Origin: Myxococcales bacterium
GTDB lineage: Bacteria > Myxococcota_A > Polyangia > Polyangiales > DASUME01
DNA: 64,000 nucleotides
Direction of reading: 5' to 3'
Assembly (NCBI GenBank): GCA_047601445.1
Contig: JASGJH010000001.1
Location: forward strand, 2,752,001 to 2,816,000
Below the pieces are notes generated by a model. That model was not told where the DNA came from and did no database searches. It saw only the letters and a program-made list of their open reading frames with translations. Positions 10,060 through 28,182 of the stretch are shown one piece after another. The stretch's first letter is position 1, and every line of letters starts with the position of its first letter. The translations under genes were made by a program, and so were the position numbers.

Positions 10060-10908
10060 ATGCTGCCCACTCCGCCGAGCCAGACCGAACTCGACGGGTT
10101 GTGCGCGCTGTTCGCGAACGGCAAGGTCGCCGTACTCACCGGAGCGGGCATCAGCACGGAGTCCGGCATTCCCGACTATCGCGGTCCCGAGACGCGCCGA
10201 CGCGCGCGCAACCCGGTGCAGTGGCGCGAGTTCGTGCGCAATCCGGCCGCGCGCCATCGCTACTGGGCCCGCAGCATGCTCGGCTGGCCACGCCTCGCGC
10301 GAGCACGGCCCAACGCCGGCCACTACGCGCTGCGCCAGCTCGAGCAGCAAGGCAGGCTTGCGGGTCTCATCACCCAAAACGTCGACGGGTTGCATGGCGC
10401 TGCCGGCTCGCAAGCTCCCGTCGAGCTCCACGGTGCGCTGCGTCACGCGGTGTGCCTACACTGCGCCCGTCGTCTATCCCGAGACCTCCTGCAAACCTGG
10501 CTGGAGCGCGAGAACGCTCACTTCCTGGCGCACGCCTTCGAGCTCGCACCTGACGGCGACGCCGACATCGCCGATCAGCTGCTGGTGCACTTCAAGAGTG
10601 TGGGCTGCGAATGCGGCGGCGACCTTCGGCCTGACGTGGTGTTCTTCGGGGAGAACGTGCCCACGGAACGCGTCGAGCGAGCTATGGCCATCGTGCGCGC
10701 GGGCAACGCGCTGCTCGTGGTCGGCTCTTCGCTGGCGGTCTACTCGGGTCTGCGCTTCGTGCGCGAAGCCGAACGCCTCGGGATTCCGGTCGCCATCCTG
10801 ACCCATGGCCCCACGCGCGGTGACGCGAGCGCGGTCTTGCGCGTGGACGCCAGCGCGGGGCTAACGCTCTCGCAGCTCACGGCGCGCCTGGCGCCAGCCG
10901 TCCTTTGA
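10060..10908 (+). CDS. cobB: NAD-dependent protein deacylase, sirtuin (class II/SIRT4-like)
   Basis: GAGISTESGIPDYRG, RYWARS, TQNVDGLH, ELHG, PDGDA, RPDVVFFGE, VGSSL. Confidence 0.92.
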   Translation: MLPTPPSQTELDGLCALFANGKVAVLTGAGISTESGIPDYRGPETRRRARNPVQWREFVRNPAARHRYWARSMLGWPRLARARPNAGHYALRQLEQQGRLAGLITQNVDGLHGAAGSQAPVELHGALRHAVCLHCARRLSRDLLQTWLERENAHFLAHAFELAPDGDADIADQLLVHFKSVGCECGGDLRPDVVFFGENVPTERVERAMAIVRAGNALLVVGSSLAVYSGLRFVREAERLGIPVAILTHGPTRGDASAVLRVDASAGLTLSQLTARLAPAVL

Positions 10909-10946
10909 GTGTCGCTCAGCGGCTGTACTGAACGCTCAACATGCTC

Positions 10947-11885
10947 TTAGCGCCGTCTTGGCGACCCGAAGGGATTCGTCCAGACGACGTCCAACGCGAA
11001 GTAGTGGGCGTCCGCGCGGGCTCCGCCGTGGCCCATTAGATCGTTCATGTAGCCGACGTCGAACGCGAGCGGCCGCCCTTTGCCGTGCCAGGCGTAGTAA
11101 AGGCAGAAGCGGCTCTCCTGATATTCGAGCGCCGACCAGGCCCCATCGTCGCCGCGCCGCTTGCTGATTGAAGCCAGCACCTCGGCGCTTCCCACTAGGC
11201 GATGAACGTCTGCGCGATCGAGCCGCATGCCGGCCTGCTCACGCAGGCGAAAGCGGAACTGGAGCGGTTCGGCAGCCGGCTCCCCGCCCGCGAAAAACAC
11301 GCGCAATTCGGGCCGCGCAGTACTCACCAACTTGAGACGTCCCGCCTGCCAGGAGCCCGAGAGCCGACCATAGAACCGCAACTCGTGCCGCACGGAGAGC
11401 TCCGCCGCCGTGTAGGGCGGCTCGTCGCGGTAGAGGTTCTGACGTCGGTAGCTGAGCGCGAGCGAACCCACCCAGTGTTCCTGAAGGCGCTCGTAGATCT
11501 CCTGGTTGAGCACGAAAATAGCGGGCTTGGCGTAAGGATTGAGGCCTTCCGGCTGGCTGATACTGCCCAAGCCCACGTAGGTCATGGACTCTCTTCGTTG
11601 GTTCACGTCGAGCGCCTGTCGAGCTCCCACGGCAGACCACGTCGCGGTCCTGGCGACGCCGAAGCCCGGCGGACTGATCTGGGCGAACGCCGAGCCTGGG
11701 CTGGCTCCAAGCAAGCACGCTATCAGCCCCCCGAGCCAGCAACCCCTACGCCGTTCGACACTCCATCGGAGCCATCCTCGCATCGCACAGCAGCTTGTGC
11801 CGCGGCCATGAACCGAACCTGAACGCTCGACGCGGACCCACGATCGAACGAGGAGAATGGTGCGACGCCCGCTCTCCAGCGCCAT
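10947..11885 (-). CDS. Putative outer-membrane beta-barrel protein (DUF2490-like); start uncertain, probably further downstream
   Basis: Signal-peptide-like segment ending SAFA-Q, alternating beta-strand pattern, RFRLR, ESRF, DVGYMN. Confidence 0.55.
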   Translation of the reverse strand: MALESGRRTILLVRSWVRVERSGSVHGRGTSCCAMRGWLRWSVERRRGCWLGGLIACLLGASPGSAFAQISPPGFGVARTATWSAVGARQALDVNQRRESMTYVGLGSISQPEGLNPYAKPAIFVLNQEIYERLQEHWVGSLALSYRRQNLYRDEPPYTAAELSVRHELRFYGRLSGSWQAGRLKLVSTARPELRVFFAGGEPAAEPLQFRFRLREQAGMRLDRADVHRLVGSAEVLASISKRRGDDGAWSALEYQESRFCLYYAWHGKGRPLAFDVGYMNDLMGHGGARADAHYFALDVVWTNPFGSPRRR

Positions 11886-11926
11886 GCACGTGAGCCCGAG
11901 CGCAGGGTGTCGAGGGAGCCGATGTC

Positions 11927-12439
11927 TCAGCGCGGAATCGTGAGCGTCGCCGCCAGCTCGGGCGTCAGCTTTTGCTCGAGCGTGATGCCGTTGGCGGAGA
12001 GATCGAAGGCCAGGATCGCCCAGTATTCTTCGCCCGAGAGGCTTCCGGGCGCCTTGGGGGGCATGGTGGCAACCACGAAGTTGGCGACATCGGCCACCGT
12101 CACGAACTGCGACGTACGCTGCGAGCCAGGGTGCGGTGCAAGCGGCAGGGCTCCGCTCGAGAGGCCCACCACCGCTGGCGCCTTCGCGCCCTCACCGGCC
12201 GCACCGTGGCACGCGGCACAGGCGCGGCCGTAGACGTCGCCACCAAGAGCGACTTGGTCCGCAAAGGTCTGTGGCGCCTGCGGCGCGCTGGGTGCAACCG
12301 AGGTCTCCTCACCGCCGCCCGAGCTACTCGCTGCGCTGGCTTCCTGCGGATGCCCTCCACAGCCCAGCAGAACCAGCGGAAAAAGCCACGAAAACGCTGT
12401 TCTCTTGTCCACGATGCCTCCGTCGCCGACCTGCGCCAT
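11927..12439 (-). CDS. Monoheme cytochrome c lipoprotein
   Basis: Lipobox LLGC, heme motif CAACH, distal Met in TMPP; start may be the later GTG. Confidence 0.85.
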   Translation of the reverse strand: MAQVGDGGIVDKRTAFSWLFPLVLLGCGGHPQEASAASSSGGGEETSVAPSAPQAPQTFADQVALGGDVYGRACAACHGAAGEGAKAPAVVGLSSGALPLAPHPGSQRTSQFVTVADVANFVVATMPPKAPGSLSGEEYWAILAFDLSANGITLEQKLTPELAATLTIPR

Positions 12440-12564
12440 GACAAGTCCGCTCCAGACATCGAGTCGCGAGCAGGCAAAAGGTTACCGGCGAAGTCGACGG
12501 GTCGCGCTTTTCTGGATGCGGGCACGCATCGTGGTGCGTGCCCGGCCCTAACGACCAGCCAACG

Positions 12565-12990
12565 TTAGGCGCTCGCCGCGAGCCTGTCGCGCGCGCCCTT
12601 CTGCATCAATCCGGCGATGGCGGTGTAGGCGTCGCCCCAGGCCTCTGCGTGCTCGGCCGTCCAATCCTTGCCGGCGATCTCTGCCAGCGTGCGGATGAGG
12701 CTGTCGCCAACCCACGCATACATCTCGTCGGTCACTTCGTAGTCCACGTGCTTGGCGCCCATGGACTCGAGGGTCTGCTGTAGCCAGGTGGCGTCCTCGA
12801 GATGGTCCATCACGGCGACGATGGCTCCCTGCAGCATCTCGGCCTGCTGAGCGCGCGAATTACGGCTGAAAAGCGGGCGAACCTGGGGATAGCGCTCGAA
12901 CAGAATCTCATAGAAACGCGGCGTGATCTGCGCCTGCCGCGCCACCACCAAGTCGAAGCTGCTGCGAAGAAGCGAGACATTCAGGGACAT
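12565..12990 (-). CDS. Single-domain globin (flavohemoglobin globin-domain family, no reductase domain)
   Basis: RFY (B10 Tyr), PLF (CD1 Phe), Gln at E7, GAKHVDY (F8 His), AWGDAY; ATG at 12990 preceded by GGAGG. Confidence 0.92.
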   Translation of the reverse strand: MSLNVSLLRSSFDLVVARQAQITPRFYEILFERYPQVRPLFSRNSRAQQAEMLQGAIVAVMDHLEDATWLQQTLESMGAKHVDYEVTDEMYAWVGDSLIRTLAEIAGKDWTAEHAEAWGDAYTAIAGLMQKGARDRLAASA

Positions 12991-13020
12991 CTTGAGGGAC
13001 CTCCTGTGTTGTGAGTTCGT

Positions 13021-13045
13021 TAATAGGCATCTCAAATACCCATTA
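13021..13045. promoter_or_regulatory. Putative NsrR operator between divergent globin and nsrR genes
   Basis: TAATAGGCATCT-C-AAATACCCATTA is a 12-1-12 imperfect inverted repeat (9 of 12 positions pair), AT-rich in a GC-rich context and similar to NsrR 11-1-11 boxes. Confidence 0.7.
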
Positions 13046-13093
13046 TGCGCAACGCGACGCCCGAAGAAGCAGGGCATACTCGGAGGAGCCCCC

Positions 13094-13546
13094 ATGCAGC
13101 TCACGCTCTACACGGACTACGCCATTCGCACGCTCCTCTATCTGGGCACGCGCCCCGACCAGATCGTGCCCGTATCCGAGATCAGCGCTGCCTACGGCAT
13201 CTCGGCCCATCACCTGGCGAAGGTCGCCAAGATGCTCGTTCGCGAAGGGCTGCTCGAAGGAAAGCGCGGCAAAGAAGGGGGATTGCGCCTGGCCTCTGCA
13301 CCCGCGGACATCTGTTTGGGCAGTCTCGTGCGCGCCACCGAGGAGCACAATCTCCTCGAGTGCTTCGATCCCAAGAGCAGCAGCTGCCCGCTCACCGGCT
13401 ACTGCCGCGTGGAGCGCGCGATGCACGAAGCCCGCGAGGCGTTCTTCGGCGTACTCGACGGCTACACCCTCTCGGACATGCTCGAGAACACACCGCGCCT
13501 CGTGTCCTTGCTCTCCCCGTCGCGGCTGACGCGGAAGAAGAGCTGA
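13094..13546 (+). CDS. nsrR: Rrf2-family NO-sensing repressor NsrR
   Basis: MQLTLYTDYAIRTLLYL, HHLAKV, RGKEGGLRLA, three Cys (CFDPKSSSCPLTGYC); GGAGG upstream of ATG 13094. Confidence 0.88.
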   Translation: MQLTLYTDYAIRTLLYLGTRPDQIVPVSEISAAYGISAHHLAKVAKMLVREGLLEGKRGKEGGLRLASAPADICLGSLVRATEEHNLLECFDPKSSSCPLTGYCRVERAMHEAREAFFGVLDGYTLSDMLENTPRLVSLLSPSRLTRKKS

Positions 13547-13550
13547 ACTT

Positions 13551-13584
13551 AAACGAAAACGACCACCTCGCGGTGGCCGTCTCT
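13551..13584 (-). terminator. Intrinsic terminator after rpoC (possibly bidirectional with nsrR)
   Basis: Minus strand ACGGCCACC-GCGA-GGTGGTCGT followed by TTTCGTTT. Confidence 0.7.
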
Positions 13585-13609
13585 CAGTGCAGGCTCAGAG
13601 CCTGGCTGA

Positions 13610-17794
<4,185 letters not shown>

Positions 17795-17797
17795 GGA

Positions 17798-21944
<4,147 letters not shown>

Positions 21945-22116
21945 TGCAGAAGCTCCTCACGCGGCCGAGTCTCGCCCCCTCGGCCCACTTTTGCCCACGC
22001 GCGGCGGACCGCGCGCTTCGACCTGTTTCCCGAAAAAAAATCTAAGTAGTGCAGTCGCCGAGCACGTGCCGAGCACGCGCTACTCGTGAGACGACGCGTG
22101 GGTTCACGCGCGGGTC

Positions 22117-22187
22117 TCCAAAAAGACACAGCCGGGCGTAGGGGAGACATCCCCTACGCCGCGACCTTCAGTCACAGCTGTTTTCTT
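22117..22187 (-). terminator. rplL-rpoB intergenic hairpin, attenuator/terminator-like
   Basis: Perfect 11-bp stem GGCGTAGGGGA/TCCCCTACGCC (22135-22160) nested in ACAGCTG/CGGCTGT pairing and followed on the minus strand by a T run. Confidence 0.55.
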
Positions 22188-22240
22188 ATTGGTAGGCCCC
22201 GTTTGGTTACAACGTAGCCTATCGGAAAACAAAACGCCCA

Positions 22241-22627
22241 CTACTTGATGGTGACCTTTGCTCCGGCCTCTTCGAGCTTCTTCTTGATGCTCTCGGCCTC
22301 GTCCTTGGACACTGCTTCCTTGATCATCTTGGGCGCGCCCTCGACGAGGTTCTTCGCGTCGGCAAGACCAAGGTTGGTGATCTCGCGGACGACCTTGATC
22401 ACGTTGATCTTCTTGTCGCCAGCGTTGCTGAGCTCAACGTCGAACTCGGTCTTTTCTTCCACAGCGGCCGGAGCAGCGCCGGCGGCGGGGCCGGCCACGC
22501 CAGCGACGGCCACGGGAGCAGCAGAAACGCCCCACTTCTCTTCGAGAGCCTTAATGAGGCCGGCCACTTCCATCACGGTCCAGGAGCTAAGCTCGTTGAC
22601 CATCTGTTCCTGGTTCATCGTTGCCAT
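22241..22627 (-). CDS. rplL: 50S ribosomal protein L7/L12
   Basis: [37 protein letters not shown]. Confidence 0.99.
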   Translation of the reverse strand: MATMNQEQMVNELSSWTVMEVAGLIKALEEKWGVSAAPVAVAGVAGPAAGAAPAAVEEKTEFDVELSNAGDKKINVIKVVREITNLGLADAKNLVEGAPKMIKEAVSKDEAESIKKKLEEAGAKVTIK

Positions 22628-22717
22628 GGTGATACTCTCCCAAAACTTGCTACCCGCGGCGTTCCGCGGAATCGTTTTTGATTACCGGTTACTTGTCCAA
22701 GTGACGACTGAGACTTC

Positions 22718-23260
22718 TCAGGTGCCTTCCTGCTTCCGCTGGTGAGCGTCGAGCAGGTACGTGAAGTTCTGCGCAGGGGCCTGGAGCAGACGCACCAGGT
22801 TCTGGGCAGGGGCCTGAAGGGTCGCGAGCAACTGCGCGCGAAGCTCGTTCTTGCCGGGCATGGTCGCGAGCACGCTCTCGACCTGTGCGCCCGGGAGAAC
22901 CTTGGCGTCGATGACGCCGCACTTCACACCGAGCTTCCCGTTGGCATCGTTCACCGCGCGGAACGTCTTGATCACCTTGGCGGCTGCCGAGGGATCTTCG
23001 AAGCTCCATGCGATGCCGGTCTGGCCCTTGAGCTGCGCTGCGACTTCCTTGTTGTCGTAGGCGGTGCCCTTGAGCGCGATCTTGACCAGCGTGTTCTTCA
23101 CCACGCGGTACTCGACCCCGGCCTTGCGGAACTCTGCACGCAAGTTCGTGAGCTGCTCGACGTTCACGCCACGGAAGTCGAGGAACACGGCCGTAGTGGC
23201 CTTGCTGAACTTGTCGCGAATGAGCGCGACTTCTTCCTGCTTGGCTGCGATTACGGTCAT
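22718..23260 (-). CDS. rplJ: 50S ribosomal protein L10
   Basis: DFRGVNV, YRVVKNTL, position between rplA and rplL. Confidence 0.98.
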   Translation of the reverse strand: MTVIAAKQEEVALIRDKFSKATTAVFLDFRGVNVEQLTNLRAEFRKAGVEYRVVKNTLVKIALKGTAYDNKEVAAQLKGQTGIAWSFEDPSAAAKVIKTFRAVNDANGKLGVKCGVIDAKVLPGAQVESVLATMPGKNELRAQLLATLQAPAQNLVRLLQAPAQNFTYLLDAHQRKQEGT

Positions 23261-23263
23261 GGC

Positions 23264-23971
23264 TTAGACCTCCGCCGTTGCCTGGAACACCACAGGATCG
23301 ATCTTGATCCCGGGGCCCATGGTCGAGCTGAGCGTGATGCTGCGCAGGTACTGGCCCTTTGCAGTCGACGGCTTGGCCTTCACCAGAGCCGCCATCAGCG
23401 CCTTCACGTTGTCCTGAAGTTTGGTGGGATCGAAGGACTTCTTGCCCACGGGGACGTGAACGATACCGGCCTTTTCGACGCGGAACTCGACCTTACCGGC
23501 CTTCGCTTCGGTCACTGCCTTCTTCACGTCGAACGTAACCGTTCCGACCTTCGGATTCGGCATCAAGCCGCGCGGGCCCAGCACTCGGCCGAGCTTACCG
23601 ACTTGACCCATCATGTCCGGGGTCGCGATCACCGTGTCGAAATCCAACCAACCACCCGTCACTTTGGCGACCAGGTCTTCGCCGCCGACGAAATCAGCTC
23701 CGGCCTGCTCGGCCTCGGCCACCTTTTCGCCACGCGCGAACACCAGAACGCGAACAGACTTCCCGACGCCATGGGGCAAAACCAGTGCGCCGCGGACCAT
23801 CTGATCGGCATGCTTGGGGTTGACGCCCAGGCGCACCGCAAGGTCGACGGTCTCGTCGAACTTTGCGAAGCCGGCCGCCTTCACCAGAGAGCAAGCCTCA
23901 TCTAGCGAGTAGCGCTTACCGCGATCGACCGTACCGGCCGCCTCGGTATGCTTCTTTCCTCTTTTCCTCAT
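23264..23971 (-). CDS. rplA: 50S ribosomal protein L1
   Basis: [29 protein letters not shown]. Confidence 0.99.
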   Translation of the reverse strand: MRKRGKKHTEAAGTVDRGKRYSLDEACSLVKAAGFAKFDETVDLAVRLGVNPKHADQMVRGALVLPHGVGKSVRVLVFARGEKVAEAEQAGADFVGGEDLVAKVTGGWLDFDTVIATPDMMGQVGKLGRVLGPRGLMPNPKVGTVTFDVKKAVTEAKAGKVEFRVEKAGIVHVPVGKKSFDPTKLQDNVKALMAALVKAKPSTAKGQYLRSITLSSTMGPGIKIDPVVFQATAEV

Positions 23972-23974
23972 CTA

Positions 23975-24014
23975 CCCTCCTGGTGGTTGCGCTCTTCACG
24001 CAGCCTCCCGCCAG
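23975..24014 (-). promoter_or_regulatory. Putative L1-binding autoregulatory leader upstream of rplA
   Basis: Minus strand CTGGCGGGAGGCTGCGTGAAGAGCGCAACCACCAGGAGGG: outer stem CTGGCGG/CCACCAG, GGAG...GCAA asymmetric loop, inner GCT/AGC stem, abutting the Shine-Dalgarno. Confidence 0.65.
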
Positions 24015-24145
24015 TGACCCGGTGGCGGTGTGGAGAAACTATCGGTCCGGGTGCCGAAAACTCTGGCCTACGTGCTTAGTCGCCCGAGCGTTACAGCGGG
24101 GGACTGTCTGTCTCTCGTCTTCTGCTGTTTGTCCCAAGCTGACCC

Positions 24146-24272
24146 GATTTTCGCGTCAGCTTGGTTCGAGGAGCGAGCGCCCCCGCAGGGACCGACTGAG
24201 GCGTACTCTCGTACGCCGCAGGGAGGGACCGAGGAGGTAAGCCGCTCCTCGGGCCAAGATGGCGCGAAAATC
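24146..24272. repeat. ~127-bp imperfect palindrome (REP/MITE-like element) in the rplK-rplA spacer
   Basis: Terminal GATTTTCGCG/CGCGAAAATC, CTTGG/CCAAG and CGAGGAGCG/CGCTCCTCG arms with internal hairpin GGCGTAC-TCTC-GTACGCC. Confidence 0.7.
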
Positions 24273-24711
24273 AATCGACGACGTCTACGCCCATGCTGCG
24301 GGCAGTCCCCGCGATGGAGCGCATCGCCGCCTCGAGGGAACCGGCGTTGGTGTCCACGATCTTGAGCTCAGCGAGCTTCTTGATCTGGCCCTGGGTGATC
24401 TTGCCGACCTTGTCCTTGTTGGGACGCTTGGAACCGCTGCCCGGCTTGCCTTCGATCTTCATGCCGAGTTCCTTCTTGATCAACACCGACGCCGGCGGCG
24501 TCTTGGTGATGAACGTGAAGGAGCGATCCGAGTAAACCGTGATCACCACGGGGATGATCATGCCGGCCTGGGGCTGGGTCTTGGCGTTGAACTCCTTGCA
24601 GAAGCCCATGATGTTCACGCCGTGCTGGCCGAGCGCGGGACCGACGGGCGGCGATGGGTTCGCCTTGCCCGCAGGAAGCTGGAGCTTGATCTGACCGGTA
24701 ACCTTCTTCAT
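24271..24711 (-). CDS. rplK: 50S ribosomal protein L11
   Basis: [34 protein letters not shown]. Confidence 0.99.
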   Translation of the reverse strand: MKKVTGQIKLQLPAGKANPSPPVGPALGQHGVNIMGFCKEFNAKTQPQAGMIIPVVITVYSDRSFTFITKTPPASVLIKKELGMKIEGKPGSGSKRPNKDKVGKITQGQIKKLAELKIVDTNAGSLEAAMRSIAGTARSMGVDVVD

Positions 24712-24866
24712 GGCTTCGTACCTTGCACAGAGGCGGTGGGACCTATGTCCGCGAAAGCTCTGCCTTTTCGAGGAGTGTTTTCGGCCGCCTTCAGGAACGG
24801 CGGCCGCACTAGCAAAAAGGCACCCAACGCGCGGGGTGCCGGAAGTTGACTCAGTTCAGCGCCGCG

Positions 24867-25490
24867 TCAAACGGTTTTTTCGACCTGCGCGTAGTCGAGC
24901 TCCACCGGGGTGGCTCGACCGAAGATGGACACCAGCACGCGAACCTTTTGTTTCTCGGGCTTTACCTCTTCGATGGTGCCCGTGAAATTGGCGAACGCGC
25001 CTTCGATAACCCGCACATGATCGCCCTGCTCGAAGACCACGCGGGGTTTGGGCTTGGCGGCGCCTTCGGCCACCTGCTGTGCCACCAGGTTGATCTGGGG
25101 GGCAGGCACGGCGGTGGGGTAGCGCCCCCCGACGAAACCGCTGACCTTGGGGGTGTCCTTGACCAGATGCCAGCTCTCGTCGGTGAGATGCATCTGCACG
25201 AACATGTAACCCGGGTAGAAGGTGCGTTGCATGACGCGCTTCTGGGTGCCGCGGGTCTCGGTGACCTGCTCCCGCGGGATCAGGATTTCCCCGAAATTTC
25301 CCTGCATGTTGTGCTGGCGGATGCGCTCTTCGAGCGAGGCCTTCACCTTGTTCTCGTAGCCAGAGTACGCCTGCACGACGTACCAGCGCATCTTCTTCTG
25401 GCCGCCCGCTTCGGAGTCCGGCGAACCGTTCTCTTCAGAACGCTCTTCACCCGGCTCGGTATTGGTCTGGTTCTCGAAGGTCACGATCAC
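24867..25490 (-). CDS. nusG: Transcription termination/antitermination factor NusG
   Basis: [18 protein letters not shown] motif, [10 protein letters not shown]; start taken as the GTG overlapping the secE stop (25490; 25484 is an alternative). Confidence 0.97.
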   Translation of the reverse strand: MIVTFENQTNTEPGEERSEENGSPDSEAGGQKKMRWYVVQAYSGYENKVKASLEERIRQHNMQGNFGEILIPREQVTETRGTQKRVMQRTFYPGYMFVQMHLTDESWHLVKDTPKVSGFVGGRYPTAVPAPQINLVAQQVAEGAAKPKPRVVFEQGDHVRVIEGAFANFTGTIEEVKPEKQKVRVLVSIFGRATPVELDYAQVEKTV

Positions 25491-25969
25491 ACCTTGTAGA
25501 CGAGGTCGGTCACCGCGGCCCATACGGTGTCGAACATGAACAGCACGGCGGCTGCGATGATCGACGCCACAACGACCACGATGGTGGATGATGAGGTCTC
25601 CTTGCGCGTGGGCCAAGAAACCTTGCTCAGCTCCTCCGCGACTTCGTGCGTCAGCGTGTAGCTCGGCTTGTGCCGGTAAAGGGCGATGGCCGCGACGATG
25701 CCAGCCACCACCGCACCAAAGGTGGCGATGGTCTCGTCGGGATCCGCGAAGAGATACCAGATGGCCGTGATCAGATGGTCGAAGACCCAGACCAACAGCA
25801 GAGCGGCGACCATGAACGACAGCTGGACCCAGCGCTCGACGCCCAGGGTCTTCTTGGCTGCACCGAGGTCCTCGCCCGAAGCGTCCGTCGACTCGGGCGC
25901 GCTCAGGGACGACTCCCCCTCGCTGCCTTCGTCGATGCTGTCTTCCTTGTCGAGGGTTTCTTCGCTCAT
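25487..25969 (-). CDS. secE: Preprotein translocase subunit SecE (3-TM form)
   Basis: ELSKVSWPTRKE motif before the last TM helix; position between tRNA-Trp and nusG. Confidence 0.95.
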   Translation of the reverse strand: MSEETLDKEDSIDEGSEGESSLSAPESTDASGEDLGAAKKTLGVERWVQLSFMVAALLLVWVFDHLITAIWYLFADPDETIATFGAVVAGIVAAIALYRHKPSYTLTHEVAEELSKVSWPTRKETSSSTIVVVVASIIAAAVLFMFDTVWAAVTDLVYKV

Positions 25970-25985
25970 GATCTTCTCTTTATAG

Positions 25986-26061
25986 TGGCAGGCCAGGAGG
26001 GATTCGAACCCACAACCCGCGGATTTGGAATCCGCTGCTCTACCGTTGGAGCTACTGACCT
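25986..26061 (-). tRNA. tRNA-Trp (CCA)
   Basis: Cloverleaf, anticodon arm GCGGA-TTCCAAA-TCCGC, GTTCGAATC, encoded 3' CCA. Confidence 0.97.
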
Positions 26062-26097
26062 AGAAGCGGCTATCCTGAAACGACCGAGTTCCCCCGA

Positions 26098-26256
26098 TCA
26101 TTTCGTTTCACTGTGCTCGGTGTGTTGCTGACAAGCCGGACAGAACTTCTTCAGGTGAAGGCGCTCGCCCGGCTTGGCCTGCGGACTCTTGGTGGTTTTG
26201 TAGTTACGTGCGCCACACTGTTCGCACGCGAGCACGATGCGCTTACGGGCGCTCAA
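26098..26256 (-). CDS. rpmG: 50S ribosomal protein L33 (zinc-binding form)
   Basis: LACEQCGARNY, LKKFCPAC...HTEHSETK; probable TTG start 1 nt after the tuf stop. Confidence 0.93.
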   Translation of the reverse strand: MSARKRIVLACEQCGARNYKTTKSPQAKPGERLHLKKFCPACQQHTEHSETK

Positions 26257-26257
26257 G

Positions 26258-27448
<1,191 letters not shown>

Positions 27449-27493
27449 CGCTATTCCTCCAGTCAGTGCCGATTCAAACGCGGATACAAAAAG

Positions 27494-27568
27494 TGGAGCC
27501 CAGAATGGGATTTGAACCCACGACCTCCTCCTTACCAAGGAGGTGCTCTACCCCTGAGCTATCTGGGC
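27494..27568 (-). tRNA. tRNA-Thr (GGT)
   Basis: Anticodon arm CCTCC-TTGGTAA-GGAGG, GTTCAAATC, encoded CCA. Confidence 0.97.
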
Positions 27569-27658
27569 AAAAACACACGCGCGACTTACGTCGAAGGTTC
27601 TTGTGGAGCCTTCGATTTGGGTCTCCATTCCGTGCCCTCTTGCGAGGACGCGGACCGG

Positions 27659-27731
27659 AGCGGGATGACGGGTTCGAACCGACGACGTTCAGCTTGGAAA
27701 GCTGACGCTCTACCAACTGAGCTAATCCCGC
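27659..27731 (-). tRNA. tRNA-Gly (TCC)
   Basis: Anticodon arm TCAGC-TTTCCAA-GCTGA, GTTCGAACC; followed by CCG, so CCA is not encoded. Confidence 0.96.
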
Positions 27732-27837
27732 GAGTACATCGCCGAGGTTTTGCGCCCCGACTCTGCAGCCCGATCGTGACGAGCACGAATCGGGACTTTG
27801 AGAGACCGGCAACGCGAACGTACCGGTTTGGTGTCAG

Positions 27838-27920
27838 TGGAGGGTGGTGGGTTCGAACCACCGTAGGCTATTGCCGGCAGATTTACAGTCTGCTCCCTTT
27901 GGCCGCTCGGGCAACCCTCC
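27838..27920 (-). tRNA. tRNA-Tyr (GTA)
   Basis: Anticodon arm GCAGA-CTGTAAA-TCTGC, long variable arm, GTTCGAACC; CCA not encoded. Confidence 0.96.
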
Positions 27921-27974
27921 GGAAAGTGCATGGCTTTTCAAAAGTGCGACCGCCTCGGATGGCGTCGCGTGATG

Positions 27975-28046
27975 AGCTGGCGACGGGAATTGAACCCACA
28001 ACCACCTGTTTACAAAACAGGTGCTCTACCATTGAGCTACGCCAGC
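27975..28046 (-). tRNA. tRNA-Thr (TGT)
   Basis: Anticodon arm CCTGT-TTTGTAA-ACAGG, GTTCAATTC; CCA not encoded. Confidence 0.96.
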
Positions 28047-28153
28047 GGCGAAGGTTGCGGCAGCGATCTCCCGCAGACCTCCTCTTGAGTGAACTGGGCC
28101 GAAGGCGCCAAAAAGACGCAACCCCGCGCCCCGCAGCAATCGCGAGGGCGCCT

Positions 28154-28182
28154 TAAGTAGGCCAAGGCTCACGATGTGTCAA
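28154..28182 (-). promoter_or_regulatory. Candidate sigma70 promoter for the tRNA-tuf operon
   Basis: Minus strand TTGACA-N17-TACTTA followed by a GC-rich discriminator-like run; the -10 match is imperfect. Confidence 0.45.

Noticed and set aside
10060..10908. Sirtuin as an anti-phage SIR2 (Thoeris/DSR-type) effector
   Set aside because: It is a stand-alone classical zinc-binding deacylase with no defence-associated domains or neighbours.
27659..28046. Three tRNA genes lacking encoded CCA
   Set aside because: Common in bacteria that use a CCA-adding enzyme; not unusual.
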